A stretch of DNA of 64,000 bases from an uncultured Candidatus Saccharibacteria bacterium (GCA_964409615.1 CAYPDT010000001.1:587102-651101); one strand, 5' to 3'; shown: positions 47,006 to 57,474, counted from the first letter of the stretch. The notes: generated from the letters alone by a model not told the origin. Program-made: numbers and translations.

Positions 47006-49207
47006 ATGGCAAAAAAGAAAAAACAAACACGAAGTCGCAAAAAGGTAGAAGTACAAGAACGCTCACCGTTCTGGCCAATGGCAGGTGCAATCGTCATGAT
47101 TGTTCTTGCTGTATTCACCCTTATTGGCGCTTTTGGCACAGGTGGCCCATTGCCAACTGGTCTGTATGGCGGTGCTTACTGGGCACTCGGCTGGGCTGCA
47201 ATCTTAACACCGATTGCACTAATTTATTTTGGCGTGCTCAAATTTAATAGCGAGGACCATCAAATACCACTGGGTAAGTTAGTTGGTATGCTGCTTGGTA
47301 TTACACTTACGGCAAGTTTATTTCACGTTGTCTTCGCTGTTAAGGATTCCCTTGGCGCAGTCACCGGCGGGCATGGCGGTAATGTCGGTAATCTAATTGG
47401 CGGCATTGTACTAAATGCTGTTGATACTATTCCGGCAGCACTGATGTTCTTTATTTTTGCCGTCTTAGCATTCTTCTTTGCGTTTGGAATTTCACCCCGA
47501 GTAATCTTAAATGTTTTCGACTTCTTCCGTTCGCCAAAAAGTGAAGATACAGACCTCGACACCCTAAAACGCCGTAGTGAATCTTCATTCAAGATGAATG
47601 AGGGTGTTCCCGTTGAGCATCATGGTACGCAACCATCCCCGGCTCGTATGGCTTCACTCCGAAACACTGCCCAAAAATTAGCCCCATCAGAAGACCACAG
47701 TGCCTTGACCGTTGCAAGCGACCCTAACTGGAAGCTGCCAACCACCGATTTACTGAGTCACAAACAAGACAAAGCAGATGCCGGTGATGTAGAAGGCAAT
47801 GCTCGTACAATCCAAGAGACATTTGATAACTTCAGTATTAATGTCGAGATGGACGGCGCTAATATTGGGCCAAGTGTTACCCAATACACCCTAAAACCAC
47901 CAGCAGGTACAAAACTTACTAAGATTACTGCGCTCGAGACTAACATAGCTCTCGACCTTGCCGCTACGAGCATTCGCATAGAAGCACCAATTCCAGGGAA
48001 GAAACTAGTCGGTATCGAGGTGCCAAACATCAAGCCGGCGACCGTGCGGATGAGTGGCATGCTTGAGTCGAAAGAATGGAAAGAACACGAAGGCAGTCCT
48101 CTGGCATTTGCCATCGGTCGAGATATCGCTGGTAAGCCAATTATCAACGACCTAGCCAAAATGCCTCACTTGCTGGTAGCTGGTCAAACCGGTTCAGGTA
48201 AATCGGTCATGATTAATACTATTTTGACGAGTATGCTATATCGGAATAGCCCGGCAGACTTAAAGCTTATTCTGGTTGACCCTAAGCAAGTGGAATTGAA
48301 GCCCTATGATGATATTCCACACCTGCTTACCCCTGTTATTACAGAGCCAGAGAAGTGCATTAGTGCCCTTAAGTGGACGGTTGCAGAGATGGAACGACGC
48401 TATAAGACGCTTAGCGAACTTCGGGTGCGCAACATTGTTGAATACAATAATAAGAAGCAAGAAGAGGGCATGCCATATATCGTCGTAGTTATCGATGAGT
48501 TGGCTGATCTGATGATGATGGCTGCACGAGATGTTGAAGCATTAATCGTGCGTATTGCTCAAAAAGCTCGTGCGGTTGGTATTCACTTGGTGCTTGCTAC
48601 CCAGCGCCCTTCGGTCGATGTTATAACCGGTCTTATTAAAGCTAACGTTCCTGCTCGTATCGCCTTTACGACTGCGAGTCAAATCGACTCCCGTACTATC
48701 ATCGACCAAATTGGTGCCGAGAAACTACTAGGCAAGGGTGACATGCTACTCCTTACTGCGAGTATGCCAAAGCCAATGCGCGTACAAGGCGCCTTTATAG
48801 ACGATAACGAAACCAACAAAGTTACAGACTTTATACGCGAACAGCGGCCACCACAGTACGACCAAGAAGTTGTTAGTCAACCAGTACAGCTTAATGGCAA
48901 GGGTGGTATTGTCTCTAGTAACGATATGGATGCTGCCGATGAACCAGTATTTCGTCAAGCAGTCGAGGTTGTTATTCAGGCTGGTAAAGCTAGCACCAGC
49001 TTGCTGCAGCGTCGACTACGCATTGGCTATGGCAAAGCAGCACGTATGATTGAAAGCATGGAAGAACAGGGCATTGTGGGGCCTGCAGATGGCTCACGAC
49101 CCCGCGAAGTACTAGTACGCAGTATTGATGAAGTCTTTGGCGGTGGCGCAGAGTCCACTGATTCGGGTGATGTCTATGACGACATGCCAAATGATCAAAT
49201 AAGCTAG
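47006..49207 (+). CDS. ftsK: DNA translocase FtsK/SpoIIIE
   Basis: N-terminal 4-TM domain, Walker A ..VAGQTGSGKSV.., Walker B ..VVVIDELADLMM.., and a gamma domain winged helix ..LLQRRLRIGYGKAARMIESMEEQGIVG... Confidence 0.92.
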   Translation: MAKKKKQTRSRKKVEVQERSPFWPMAGAIVMIVLAVFTLIGAFGTGGPLPTGLYGGAYWALGWAAILTPIALIYFGVLKFNSEDHQIPLGKLVGMLLGITLTASLFHVVFAVKDSLGAVTGGHGGNVGNLIGGIVLNAVDTIPAALMFFIFAVLAFFFAFGISPRVILNVFDFFRSPKSEDTDLDTLKRRSESSFKMNEGVPVEHHGTQPSPARMASLRNTAQKLAPSEDHSALTVASDPNWKLPTTDLLSHKQDKADAGDVEGNARTIQETFDNFSINVEMDGANIGPSVTQYTLKPPAGTKLTKITALETNIALDLAATSIRIEAPIPGKKLVGIEVPNIKPATVRMSGMLESKEWKEHEGSPLAFAIGRDIAGKPIINDLAKMPHLLVAGQTGSGKSVMINTILTSMLYRNSPADLKLILVDPKQVELKPYDDIPHLLTPVITEPEKCISALKWTVAEMERRYKTLSELRVRNIVEYNNKKQEEGMPYIVVVIDELADLMMMAARDVEALIVRIAQKARAVGIHLVLATQRPSVDVITGLIKANVPARIAFTTASQIDSRTIIDQIGAEKLLGKGDMLLLTASMPKPMRVQGAFIDDNETNKVTDFIREQRPPQYDQEVVSQPVQLNGKGGIVSSNDMDAADEPVFRQAVEVVIQAGKASTSLLQRRLRIGYGKAARMIESMEEQGIVGPADGSRPREVLVRSIDEVFGGGAESTDSGDVYDDMPNDQIS

Positions 49208-49286
49208 TGTTGTATAGAATATCTTGTCAAAATAGCACAAGCTTTTTAGTATAAGGGTATATGAGCGTTATTCTGGAGTATACGGA

Positions 49287-50072
49287 GTGCGTTTAGTCAC
49301 TCCAGTCGACTACACTGGTTTACCCTATTGCTTTGCGCCCCACGAAAATATTCCTCCTCCTGTACAGCAGGGTATGCCTAACACAGAACTACATGCTGAT
49401 TGGAACCACATGTTTCCTAAATATGAGGTTCAAACTAGCACCAGCCCAGCACTCCAAGACGAGATAAGTAGAATGGCCCTCCAGGGGTGTAGAGTCCAGT
49501 GGACGTTGTTTGACCAGCATCACGGCATATACAATCCTTGGTTTCTAGGTCCTCCTCAGCCACAGAACGATGCGCAATTATTCCAAACGGTGATTATGGC
49601 TACGGCGGGCTACATCCCCGAAGGTGCTATAGATTTTTCACACAATCAACCCCAAATAACAACTCTCACCAAAGAAGAACGAATGTTTTTATGGCAGAGT
49701 GGGCAGGTTAGAGTATACGACCCAGTTGCGGTCCGTAAATTCATGTTTCGATACGTGCTCCAAGAAGACGTCGACCACATACACGAGAGCGCGCTTGATG
49801 AATTTTTGCACACCGTTAATCCAGAGAAGCGAGTACATCTAGCCCATTGTATAGCTGCAAAAATTGTAGAACGTGCTGTAGAGCCGGTTGCTGACGCGTA
49901 CACATTGGCACATGGTAGTGAGTTACTACGACCAGGTTTACCAAAGCACCCACGAGATTATGTCAAAACGCGCATGATTGCCAGTAATCGACGCTTTGGA
50001 AGACTACTCACTGCTTTAGCTAGCAGGCTTGGAGAGTACAATCGTGGCAACCAAGACATCCGTCTAGCTTGA
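49287..50072 (+). CDS. hypothetical protein
   Basis: 261-aa ORF with a GTG start. No motif recognised. Start position uncertain. Confidence 0.4.
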   Translation: MRLVTPVDYTGLPYCFAPHENIPPPVQQGMPNTELHADWNHMFPKYEVQTSTSPALQDEISRMALQGCRVQWTLFDQHHGIYNPWFLGPPQPQNDAQLFQTVIMATAGYIPEGAIDFSHNQPQITTLTKEERMFLWQSGQVRVYDPVAVRKFMFRYVLQEDVDHIHESALDEFLHTVNPEKRVHLAHCIAAKIVERAVEPVADAYTLAHGSELLRPGLPKHPRDYVKTRMIASNRRFGRLLTALASRLGEYNRGNQDIRLA

Positions 50073-50166
50073 TAAAACAAGGGTGATAAGGTATAATTAC
50101 CTCTGTTATTAACTTTTGGCTTACATCCTCTTGTGAATGTAGGCTATAACCAGAGAAAGGAAGCAG

Positions 50167-50547
50167 ATGAATCAATACGAAATTGCTGTATTGTATCACC
50201 CAGATCTAGAAGTAGATCTTAGTAAGGCCGAGGCCAAAGTACAAAAAATCTTTACCGATAATGGCGGTAAAGTAACGGCTACTGACAACTGGGGCAAGCG
50301 TAAGCTGGCATACCCAATTGCTCGCCAAGAACATGCGGTATACGTATTTTATACGGTAGACATGCCTGGCGCCGGTGTTGCAAAAGTAGAATCACTACTA
50401 AACATCACCGATGAAGTAATTCGCTTCATCATCACTCGTCCAGACCTTAAAGCTATCGCTAAGGCTGAAGCTGCTAAGGCTGAGAAAGCTGAAAAAGCTG
50501 CTGCCCGTGGCGACCGCGACGAAGACGACACTAAAGACGAAGAATAG
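50167..50547 (+). CDS. rpsF: 30S ribosomal protein S6 (with acidic/Ala-Lys C-terminal tail)
   Basis: MNQYEIAVLYHPDL...GKRKLAYPI.. is the S6 signature. rpsF-ssb-rpsR synteny. Confidence 0.9.
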   Translation: MNQYEIAVLYHPDLEVDLSKAEAKVQKIFTDNGGKVTATDNWGKRKLAYPIARQEHAVYVFYTVDMPGAGVAKVESLLNITDEVIRFIITRPDLKAIAKAEAAKAEKAEKAAARGDRDEDDTKDEE

Positions 50548-50637
50548 TTTATATTTCACTTGACTGGCTGGTACAACCAGCGGTACCGTGGAAGTACAAA
50601 TTAATAGAGAACATAGTTTCTCAGGAGGGAATGCCAC

Positions 50638-51111
50638 ATGGCACGTAGTTTTAACCAAGTAATCTTAATGGGGAACCTAACTCGAGACCCAGAAGTTCGA
50701 CAAATACCAAGTGGACAATCTGTTTGTACCTTTAGCTTGGCACTTAATCGAAGTTTCAAGGGTGCCGATGGTAACTGGCAAGAGGCTACCGATTACATCG
50801 ATGTAGTCGCTTGGGGTCCCCTCGGTGAACGTGTTGCACAATACGTTACCAAAGGTCGACCAGTTCTTGTTAACGGACGGCTCCAGAGTCGTTCTTGGGA
50901 ACAAGATGGTCAGAAACGAAGTAAGGTTGAAGTAAATGCCCAGGATGTTACATTCCTCGGCGGACGCGGCGAAGGGGGCGAGCCAGGCGGCAATTATGCA
51001 CCAGCTCCAGCTTCGAGCTCAGCACCTAAGAAATCAACCAAGAAGACAGACGATGTGCAGATAGAGGATATTGGCGATGAGCCAATCAACCTTGACGACA
51101 TCCCGTTTTAA
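50638..51111 (+). CDS. ssb: single-stranded DNA-binding protein
   Basis: OB-fold N-terminus ..NQVILMGNLTRDPEVR.., a Gly-rich linker, and the acidic tip DDIPF. Confidence 0.92.
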   Translation: MARSFNQVILMGNLTRDPEVRQIPSGQSVCTFSLALNRSFKGADGNWQEATDYIDVVAWGPLGERVAQYVTKGRPVLVNGRLQSRSWEQDGQKRSKVEVNAQDVTFLGGRGEGGEPGGNYAPAPASSSAPKKSTKKTDDVQIEDIGDEPINLDDIPF

Positions 51112-51282
51112 CAAATTATTGACTGTATACTCTGGGCGTAGGCCTGTGTCAAAAACTTTCACCGTATTTTGAATACGGCTCAAGTTTTGTGCTCGGCCTT
51201 CACTCCAGATTACACAAGCCAAAATTCGTCAAAACTAATTTCAAAGCACCAAGCTTTCAATACATTAGATAAAGGAATAATT

Positions 51283-51486
51283 ATGGCAAAGATATTTAAG
51301 AACCGAACAGACGTAGCTTTTTTTGACTACAAAGACTTTAAGACTCTGCAACGTTACGTAAACGTATACGGACAAATCGAAACCCGCAAAAAGACTGGTT
51401 TGACCGAAAGTCAGCAACGACATCTTGCTGTTGCTATCAAGCGCGCAAGGCACATTGCACTACTTCCATTCGTAGCAAACAACTAA
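51283..51486 (+). CDS. rpsR: 30S ribosomal protein S18
   Basis: ATG at 51283 with an AAAGGA RBS. ..DYKD...LQRYV...GQI..RKKTGL....[16 protein letters not shown].. is the S18 signature. Confidence 0.9.
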   Translation: MAKIFKNRTDVAFFDYKDFKTLQRYVNVYGQIETRKKTGLTESQQRHLAVAIKRARHIALLPFVANN

Positions 51487-51498
51487 TCAGAGCAAATT

Positions 51499-51786
51499 AT
51501 GCCAGCATCAAAGCAACTTGTTGACGCAATGTGGCACCGAACATACCAGCTATTGCAGAATCGGCTCGGTGCTCACACTATCGGGCCATCGCTTGGCATT
51601 AGCCAGCGCTTCGACCAAGAAGTGTTGAACGACATTGCCCACCTAAAAGTTGCTGAAGATATGAATAAAGCGATTGAAAATGTACAAGGCAAGTTGGCTG
51701 TATGCCAATCTACTGGCTTTATTGGCAGTTCAGATGCTGACGAGCTGTATGATATGCTCGCAGAAATTCAGAAGGGAGAAGCATAA
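51499..51786 (+). CDS. hypothetical helical protein
   Basis: 95 aa. Tightly packed between rpsR and efp. Unknown family. Confidence 0.4.
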   Translation: MPASKQLVDAMWHRTYQLLQNRLGAHTIGPSLGISQRFDQEVLNDIAHLKVAEDMNKAIENVQGKLAVCQSTGFIGSSDADELYDMLAEIQKGEA

Positions 51787-52070
51787 TGGACGAAGTACGA
51801 AAAACGGCTGAGTTTATCCAAAATAAGCTAAGAAGCGGTTATCTCGATGAGCCTAGCCATTCTACGGCACGGGCTTTAGTGTCTGAGATAGAGAAATTGC
51901 TGATTGAAATTCGGCAACAGAAACACCCCCTTAGCTTAGAGAACCGCGTCAAAGAAATTATTAAACACCTGGAGTCGCTTGTAGATGATGTGGTTATGGA
52001 TTTTCGTCATCGAGACGAGCTACTCAAGCACTCTAACGAAATGCGCAACTCACTGCGCAGCTTAAGTTAA
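51786..52070 (+). CDS. hypothetical helical protein
   Basis: 94 aa. Start overlaps the previous stop (TAATG). Unknown family. Confidence 0.4.
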   Translation: MDEVRKTAEFIQNKLRSGYLDEPSHSTARALVSEIEKLLIEIRQQKHPLSLENRVKEIIKHLESLVDDVVMDFRHRDELLKHSNEMRNSLRSLS

Positions 52071-52079
52071 GGAGACCGT

Positions 52080-52646
52080 ATGGCATTAAGCATTACTGAT
52101 CTTAAAAAAGGTACAATCTTCCAGCTAGAGGGTACACCCTATCGTGTAGTGGAGTATTCTCAAAAAGTTATGGGCCGTGGTGGTTCAATTGTTAACGTCC
52201 GCATAAAAAGTCTATTAGATGGCAGTGTCTTGGCAAAAACATTCAAGGGTAATGAGCAGATTGATTATGCTGACGTTAATAACCAAAACGTGCAGTATTT
52301 ATATAACGATGGCGCAACATATTACTTTATGAATGAAGATACCTTCGAACAGTTTGAAGTTGCCAGTGATATTCTGGGCGACCAGGCAGGATACCTCAAA
52401 GAAGGCGACAAAGCACAGGCTCAGCTATTTGATGGTCGTGTCATTAATATCGAATTACCAAAAAACGTCCCCCTCAAGGTGGTGTATACCGAAGATGTAG
52501 TCAAGGGCGATACGACAAGCAGCGTACTCAAAGACGCAGAACTCGAAACCGGTATTAGCGTCAAAGTGCCCGCTTTCATTAAACAAGGTGACTTAATTAG
52601 TGTTGATACGGCAACAGGCGCATACCGCGAGCGAGTTAAAGACTAA
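52080..52646 (+). CDS. efp: elongation factor P (Arg-type at the modification loop)
   Basis: Three OB/KOW-like domains. Loop ..KVMGRGGSIVNV.. carries Arg where E. coli has Lys34. Confidence 0.92.
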   Translation: MALSITDLKKGTIFQLEGTPYRVVEYSQKVMGRGGSIVNVRIKSLLDGSVLAKTFKGNEQIDYADVNNQNVQYLYNDGATYYFMNEDTFEQFEVASDILGDQAGYLKEGDKAQAQLFDGRVINIELPKNVPLKVVYTEDVVKGDTTSSVLKDAELETGISVKVPAFIKQGDLISVDTATGAYRERVKD

Positions 52647-53351
52647 ATGGCGGGCCCAAGCTTAGAACTAGCTTGGGGTGGTGGCGTATGGGCACGCAGA
52701 GACAGGCGAGTTGTCGAACCTGTCGTCCGGCCTGCACTGGAACAAGTCGAATTCGCACTTGAAGAAATAGGCATTGGCTACGGTGAACCGAAAACTGTTA
52801 ACGTTTGGCGTTGCGCTCGGTCTGAAGATACCTGGGGTACTGCTCGTGGAGTATCAAGTGTTGATTTACATATTCGCACCGACCATATCAAACACCGTAA
52901 GGTAGCAAGATTCTTTCATGAACTTCTAGAAACGACCGGCCATGAGTTACTACATACTGTTCGAGAAGAATATTTCCCAGACACTGGTCCAGTCGAACGT
53001 GCTGCATCAGAAGGCATCGCCTATTCGGGTGAAGATTTCATCGAAACAATTACTCGTGGGCCACGAACGGGCCTGTCTATAGGCGAAGCTATGTTGTGCT
53101 ATGGAACAGCGGTTAATTATAACGCACTTAAGAGTCGACTGGCTGACCTGCAAGATTACAGATGGCCCCAAGCCATGCTAGACGATGTGGCAGACGACCC
53201 ACAGCGTATAGTGTGGTTTGAATTAAATGGCGCTGCTCCACCAGCGGGGATGTTAGTTGGTGTAATTGAAGTTCAAAAACGACTTGCAGAGGGTAGGAGT
53301 CTTGCAGAACTCATGACCTGGCCACCTGAAGAAATTTTGGATTTAAGGTAG
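52647..53351 (+). CDS. hypothetical HExxH-motif protein (putative zinc-dependent hydrolase), translationally coupled to efp
   Basis: ATG overlaps the efp stop (TAAATG). Contains ..TGHELLHTV... No confident family assignment. Confidence 0.45.
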   Translation: MAGPSLELAWGGGVWARRDRRVVEPVVRPALEQVEFALEEIGIGYGEPKTVNVWRCARSEDTWGTARGVSSVDLHIRTDHIKHRKVARFFHELLETTGHELLHTVREEYFPDTGPVERAASEGIAYSGEDFIETITRGPRTGLSIGEAMLCYGTAVNYNALKSRLADLQDYRWPQAMLDDVADDPQRIVWFELNGAAPPAGMLVGVIEVQKRLAEGRSLAELMTWPPEEILDLR

Positions 53352-53360
53352 TCTGTAGTT

Positions 53361-54107
53361 ATGGTAAAGCAAAGACTTGATAACTATCTCGTAGAGCATA
53401 AGCTGGTGGTGTCACGCAGTCAGGCTGAGAGCTTTATAAAGCTTGGAAAAGTTACCGTTAATGGAACTGCCATGACACGAGCAGGCACACTAGTTCGTGA
53501 TACAGATGATGTTAAGCTAAACGTAACTGAGCAGTATGTCAGCAGGGCGGGCCTCAAGCTTGCGTCGGTTAGTCAGCGATTAAAATTGAACTTTACCAAT
53601 GCCACAGTACTTGATGTTGGTTCATCCACCGGTGGTTTTACTGATTTTGCATTACGCCATGGTGCGAAAAAAGTGATTGCTGTTGAATTGGGGAAAAACC
53701 AGCTGCACCCAAGCTTGCATGGTAATCCACAGATTGAATTACACGAACAAACTGATATTCGTGCTTTCAAGACCAAAGATTCAATCGATATTGTAGTAGC
53801 AGACGTCTCATTTATTAGCTTGCAGGAAATACTGCCAGCGGTAGCTAAAATGTGCAATAAAAGTACTCAGATTGTCGCCATGGTTAAGCCACAATTTGAG
53901 GCTCGTAACAGTAGTGTTAAGCATCGCGGAGTCATTAAAAATGAGCGCGTGCGACGTGACATTTTGCAGGATTTTGAGTACTGGGCCAAAGGTCAGTTTG
54001 TCATTATTGATAAGTCTGATTCTGACATTGCAGGTAGTAAAGGTAACCGTGAGCGGTTCTATTTGTTAAAACTCGCTGCGGATTCTAGGCAGAAGCATAA
54101 GAATTAA
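53361..54107 (+). CDS. tlyA: TlyA-family rRNA (cytidine-2'-O)-methyltransferase
   Basis: N-terminal S4 domain (RLDNYLVEHKLVVSRSQAESFIKLGKV) and an FtsJ-like MTase with ..VLDVGSSTGGFTD... Confidence 0.85.
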   Translation: MVKQRLDNYLVEHKLVVSRSQAESFIKLGKVTVNGTAMTRAGTLVRDTDDVKLNVTEQYVSRAGLKLASVSQRLKLNFTNATVLDVGSSTGGFTDFALRHGAKKVIAVELGKNQLHPSLHGNPQIELHEQTDIRAFKTKDSIDIVVADVSFISLQEILPAVAKMCNKSTQIVAMVKPQFEARNSSVKHRGVIKNERVRRDILQDFEYWAKGQFVIIDKSDSDIAGSKGNRERFYLLKLAADSRQKHKN

Positions 54108-54121
54108 AGTACTATTAGTGT

Positions 54122-54793
54122 ATGTATTTCACTAGCCGGGTCGATGCCGGTCAGCAACTTGCTGACGAGCTTTTAAAGTATAAAGGCTTACGCTGCACAC
54201 TTGTTGCACTATCTGATGGTGCTGTTGTTGTGGCCGCACAGATTGCCCAAAAGTTAAAATGCCCTATAACCATGCTTTTGGCAGAGCAGATTCACGCACC
54301 TGGTGAACCAGATGCAGTGGCTAGTATTAACCAAGACGGTGGTTATAGCCCAAATAGCGCTTATTCACAGGGTCAGCATGATGAGTTTGATATGGAATAT
54401 CACCATATGTTCGAGCAGCAAAAGTTGGAGAAGCTTAGCAAAATGCACCGGTTAGTTGGCAACAATGAGCTAATTCGTAAAGACCTGCTGCGTGGCCATA
54501 CCGTTATTCTTGTAGCAGACGGACTAGGTAGTGTTGCAACAATTGATGCAGCTGTATTATTTTTAAAATCAATCAAGGTTAAGCAGCTAGTGATTGCCAC
54601 ACCGTTTGCGAGTGTGAATGTGGTAGATAGGATGCACATCCTGGGTGACGACATCGCCTGCCTAAGTGTTATTCAAAACTTCATGGGCACTAATCACTAT
54701 TACGAAGAGAATGGTATTCCTGATCACGAAGTTGTAGTCCGAATTGTCCAGGATATGGTAAAAGGCTGGACGTTACCCGAGCCTACACGTTAA
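54122..54793 (+). CDS. phosphoribosyltransferase-domain protein
   Basis: Type I PRTase-like fold with PRPP-loop-like ..HTVILVADGLGSVAT... Confidence 0.55.
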   Translation: MYFTSRVDAGQQLADELLKYKGLRCTLVALSDGAVVVAAQIAQKLKCPITMLLAEQIHAPGEPDAVASINQDGGYSPNSAYSQGQHDEFDMEYHHMFEQQKLEKLSKMHRLVGNNELIRKDLLRGHTVILVADGLGSVATIDAAVLFLKSIKVKQLVIATPFASVNVVDRMHILGDDIACLSVIQNFMGTNHYYEENGIPDHEVVVRIVQDMVKGWTLPEPTR

Positions 54794-55853
54794 ATCGAAA
54801 TTCGACGACATCATCAGGTTGCATGATGTAGGTTTTGCCCTCAGTACGGACTTTGCCCGCAGCCTTTGCGGCTTGTTCGCTGCCAGCAGACAATAAATCA
54901 TTGTAATTGATTATCTGAGCAGCAATAAAACCACGCTCAAAATCTCCATGAATAACGCCTGCAGCTTGCGGGGCAGTGAATCCTTGTTTGATAGTCCATG
55001 CTCGGACTTCTTGCTCTCCGGCCGTTAGATAGCTCTGCAGTCCAAGCGTTTTGTAAGCAGCGTGGATAAGCTGAATTAGGCCTGATTCACTCTGGCCATA
55101 GCTTTCAAGTAGTTCAATTCGGTCGGCTTCATCGAGGCCGCGGAGTTCACTTTCTAATTTTGCGCAAATAAATAAGCTTTGCGATGGCGCTACTAAGTCG
55201 GTTAGGTGCTTCTTTTTAGCCTCGTCACCCAACGTAGCCTCGTCGACATTGAAGACGTAGATTACTGGCTTAGCGGTGATAAGTTGTAAGTCACTGATGT
55301 GTTCTAAATCTACACCAAGCTCAGATGCTAATTTCCCATCATTGAGGCCAGTCTTTAAGACATTGTAGGTATCAAGGATTGGCTTTAGTTTTGGATTAGC
55401 ACGGGCTTCTTTCTCGAATTTTGGTAGTCGTTTTTCGATTGTCTGTAGGTCGGCCAAGATAAGCTCGGTATTAATCACTTCCATGTCTTTTTTAGGGTCG
55501 TGTTGTTCGTCAACATGCTGAATATCGTTGTCTTCAAAGGCGCGCACAACATGCACAATGGCGTTTGTGCTTCGGATATGACTCAGGAATTGGTTACCCA
55601 GGCCTTCACCTTGGCTGGCGCCAGCAACTAAACCGGCAATATCTACAAATGTCACCGTAGCAGGCACAATCTTTTTACTTCCATAAAGCGCCGCGAGCTT
55701 GGATAAGCGGACGTCCGGAACGGGAACGATACCGGTGTTTGGTTCTATGGTGGCAAAGGGGTAGTTTGCGGCCAAAACCTCATTGTCGGTTAGGGCATTG
55801 AACAGTGTTGATTTGCCAACGTTAGGCAGACCGACGATTCCTATGCTCAACAT
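54783..55853 (-). CDS. ychF: redox-regulated ribosome-binding ATPase YchF
   Basis: MLSIGIVGLPNVGKSTLFNALT P-loop, Obg-like G domain, and a C-terminal TGS domain. Confidence 0.92.
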   Translation of the reverse strand: MLSIGIVGLPNVGKSTLFNALTDNEVLAANYPFATIEPNTGIVPVPDVRLSKLAALYGSKKIVPATVTFVDIAGLVAGASQGEGLGNQFLSHIRSTNAIVHVVRAFEDNDIQHVDEQHDPKKDMEVINTELILADLQTIEKRLPKFEKEARANPKLKPILDTYNVLKTGLNDGKLASELGVDLEHISDLQLITAKPVIYVFNVDEATLGDEAKKKHLTDLVAPSQSLFICAKLESELRGLDEADRIELLESYGQSESGLIQLIHAAYKTLGLQSYLTAGEQEVRAWTIKQGFTAPQAAGVIHGDFERGFIAAQIINYNDLLSAGSEQAAKAAGKVRTEGKTYIMQPDDVVEFRFNV

Positions 55854-57474
55854 TTAAACCAACCTCACGTTCGTTTTCCAGATGATTTGCAAAGATTGAT
55901 TTTTCATTATTATTTATGATTCCATTTTCGGGTGTTGCCAACAAGGGAATGCGTCCCCAGATTTTAATTTCCTGTTTTGTTGCAACAATCTTAGTAATTA
56001 CTCGCCTAATTATGGCTTTTTTCTCTGTAAAGCTCAAGTTTTCTACTGTTTTTATGGTTCCGTCAAAATACTGTTCAACGGTTATTGGTTTTTGATTAGT
56101 CATTTCGTCTTCTAGCGCAGAGATTTCCGCCACCAAACCATTACGCCTCTCGTTAAGCTCATACATTACGTCTTTATAGCGACGCCCTGACATCACGCCT
56201 TGTCCGTAGGCTTTATCGTAGCGACCTTGCTCGTCATCTTGCTTCTTCAATGTCTTCTGAAGTGCTTTAAGCTGGTTCTGGAGTGGGGAAGTGGCTTTGC
56301 GACGTTGAGCCTGTGCAACAACCAACTGTGGGTTAAGTAGCAGCTCTTTAATGTTCTGCCACACCAGTGCATCAAATACTGGAACATTAATACCGTGTTC
56401 GTAGCATTCACGGGGCATAGGGTATTTGCTCAAGCGGTCTGTACAGCGATAGTATGAGCTACTATTGCTCACAGGGTCTCCTGTTCGAGATTTGCCACAT
56501 ACACATTCAATCAAGCCAGCTACAAGATACTGGTTCACACTGTTATTGCGAGTGTTTGTACGCTTATTTTTATCGAGCTGTACTTGAACTTTGTGGAAGA
56601 GGGCCGGGCTGACAATTACAGGAACGTTTACATGAAACCACTCTTCCTTTGGGCGCGGTTTGCGACTGCCTTTGGTTATTTTGCGATACTTTTGCTCAGG
56701 GTTCTGAGGGTTCTTTGTAGGAACGCTCTCGCTCTTATTGTAGTAGTGGTCACCAATGTATGTTGTGTCTCTCACCATACGGTCTAGTGTGCCACTGCTC
56801 CACTGGGCACGTTTGCCCTTGGGTGGGGAAATGCCCATATTGAATAGCTTGCGTTTTACCTCGTGTTTAGAGACGCCAGCCGCGATCCATTCAAATACTT
56901 GTTTCACGACTTTAGCTTGCTGCTCATTGACTGCAAAGTAGCCGTCCCGTGCGTCAGGACCAGTCTTGATACGAGGGAAATAGTCGTAACCATACTTGGG
57001 CTGGTAGCCAAGTAGCTTTTTATTTTCACGCACCTTACGCACCTTTCCGATACGCATACGCTCAGTTATCTTTACGCGCTCATACTCATGGAATATGCCC
57101 ATCACACTACCCATAAGCACTTCCTCGGTTGTTTTACCGTTGATGTCATGTAGACTTATGCACTCGATACCGCACTCACGAAGTTCTTCTAAGATGATTT
57201 CTTGGTGCACAAACTTTCGGGACAGGCGACCACGGTCGTAGACGTACAATATTTCAAATTTACCCTCACGAGCGTCAGAGCGCATACGGTCTAAGTCGGG
57301 GCGTTCAATAATCGCCCCGCTCCAACCATCGTCCTTGTACACGTAGTCCGTTATCAGCACTACGTCAGTATCTTTTTCGATACGTTCAAGGATTTCCATT
57401 TTTTGGTTATCAATGGTTTGTTCTTCTTCCTGGTGTGCTGTGCTGACACGCATGTAGATGGCTGCTTTTTTCAT
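55822..57474 (-). CDS. large serine recombinase (integrase)
   Basis: N-terminal resolvase domain with catalytic Ser (AIYMRVSTAHQ), a recombinase domain, a zinc ribbon (CVCGK...YYRCTDR), and a coiled-coil. The 3' end overlaps the ychF start by 32 nt. Confidence 0.9.
   Translation of the reverse strand: MKKAAIYMRVSTAHQEEEQTIDNQKMEILERIEKDTDVVLITDYVYKDDGWSGAIIERPDLDRMRSDAREGKFEILYVYDRGRLSRKFVHQEIILEELRECGIECISLHDINGKTTEEVLMGSVMGIFHEYERVKITERMRIGKVRKVRENKKLLGYQPKYGYDYFPRIKTGPDARDGYFAVNEQQAKVVKQVFEWIAAGVSKHEVKRKLFNMGISPPKGKRAQWSSGTLDRMVRDTTYIGDHYYNKSESVPTKNPQNPEQKYRKITKGSRKPRPKEEWFHVNVPVIVSPALFHKVQVQLDKNKRTNTRNNSVNQYLVAGLIECVCGKSRTGDPVSNSSSYYRCTDRLSKYPMPRECYEHGINVPVFDALVWQNIKELLLNPQLVVAQAQRRKATSPLQNQLKALQKTLKKQDDEQGRYDKAYGQGVMSGRRYKDVMYELNERRNGLVAEISALEDEMTNQKPITVEQYFDGTIKTVENLSFTEKKAIIRRVITKIVATKQEIKIWGRIPLLATPENGIINNNEKSIFANHLENEREVGLNVEHRNRRSA

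Noticed and set aside
350-50904. Numerous antisense or overlapping ORFs in the six-frame track (e.g. 350-682 -, 1318-1671 -, 2681-3175 -, 4720-5145 +, 23517-23882 -, 36746-37288 -, 37565-37849 -, 45337-45699 -, 47758-48159 -)
   Set aside because: They lie inside or opposite well-supported genes such as groEL, pnp and ftsK. They have biased or low-complexity composition and lack RBSs. These are shadow ORFs.
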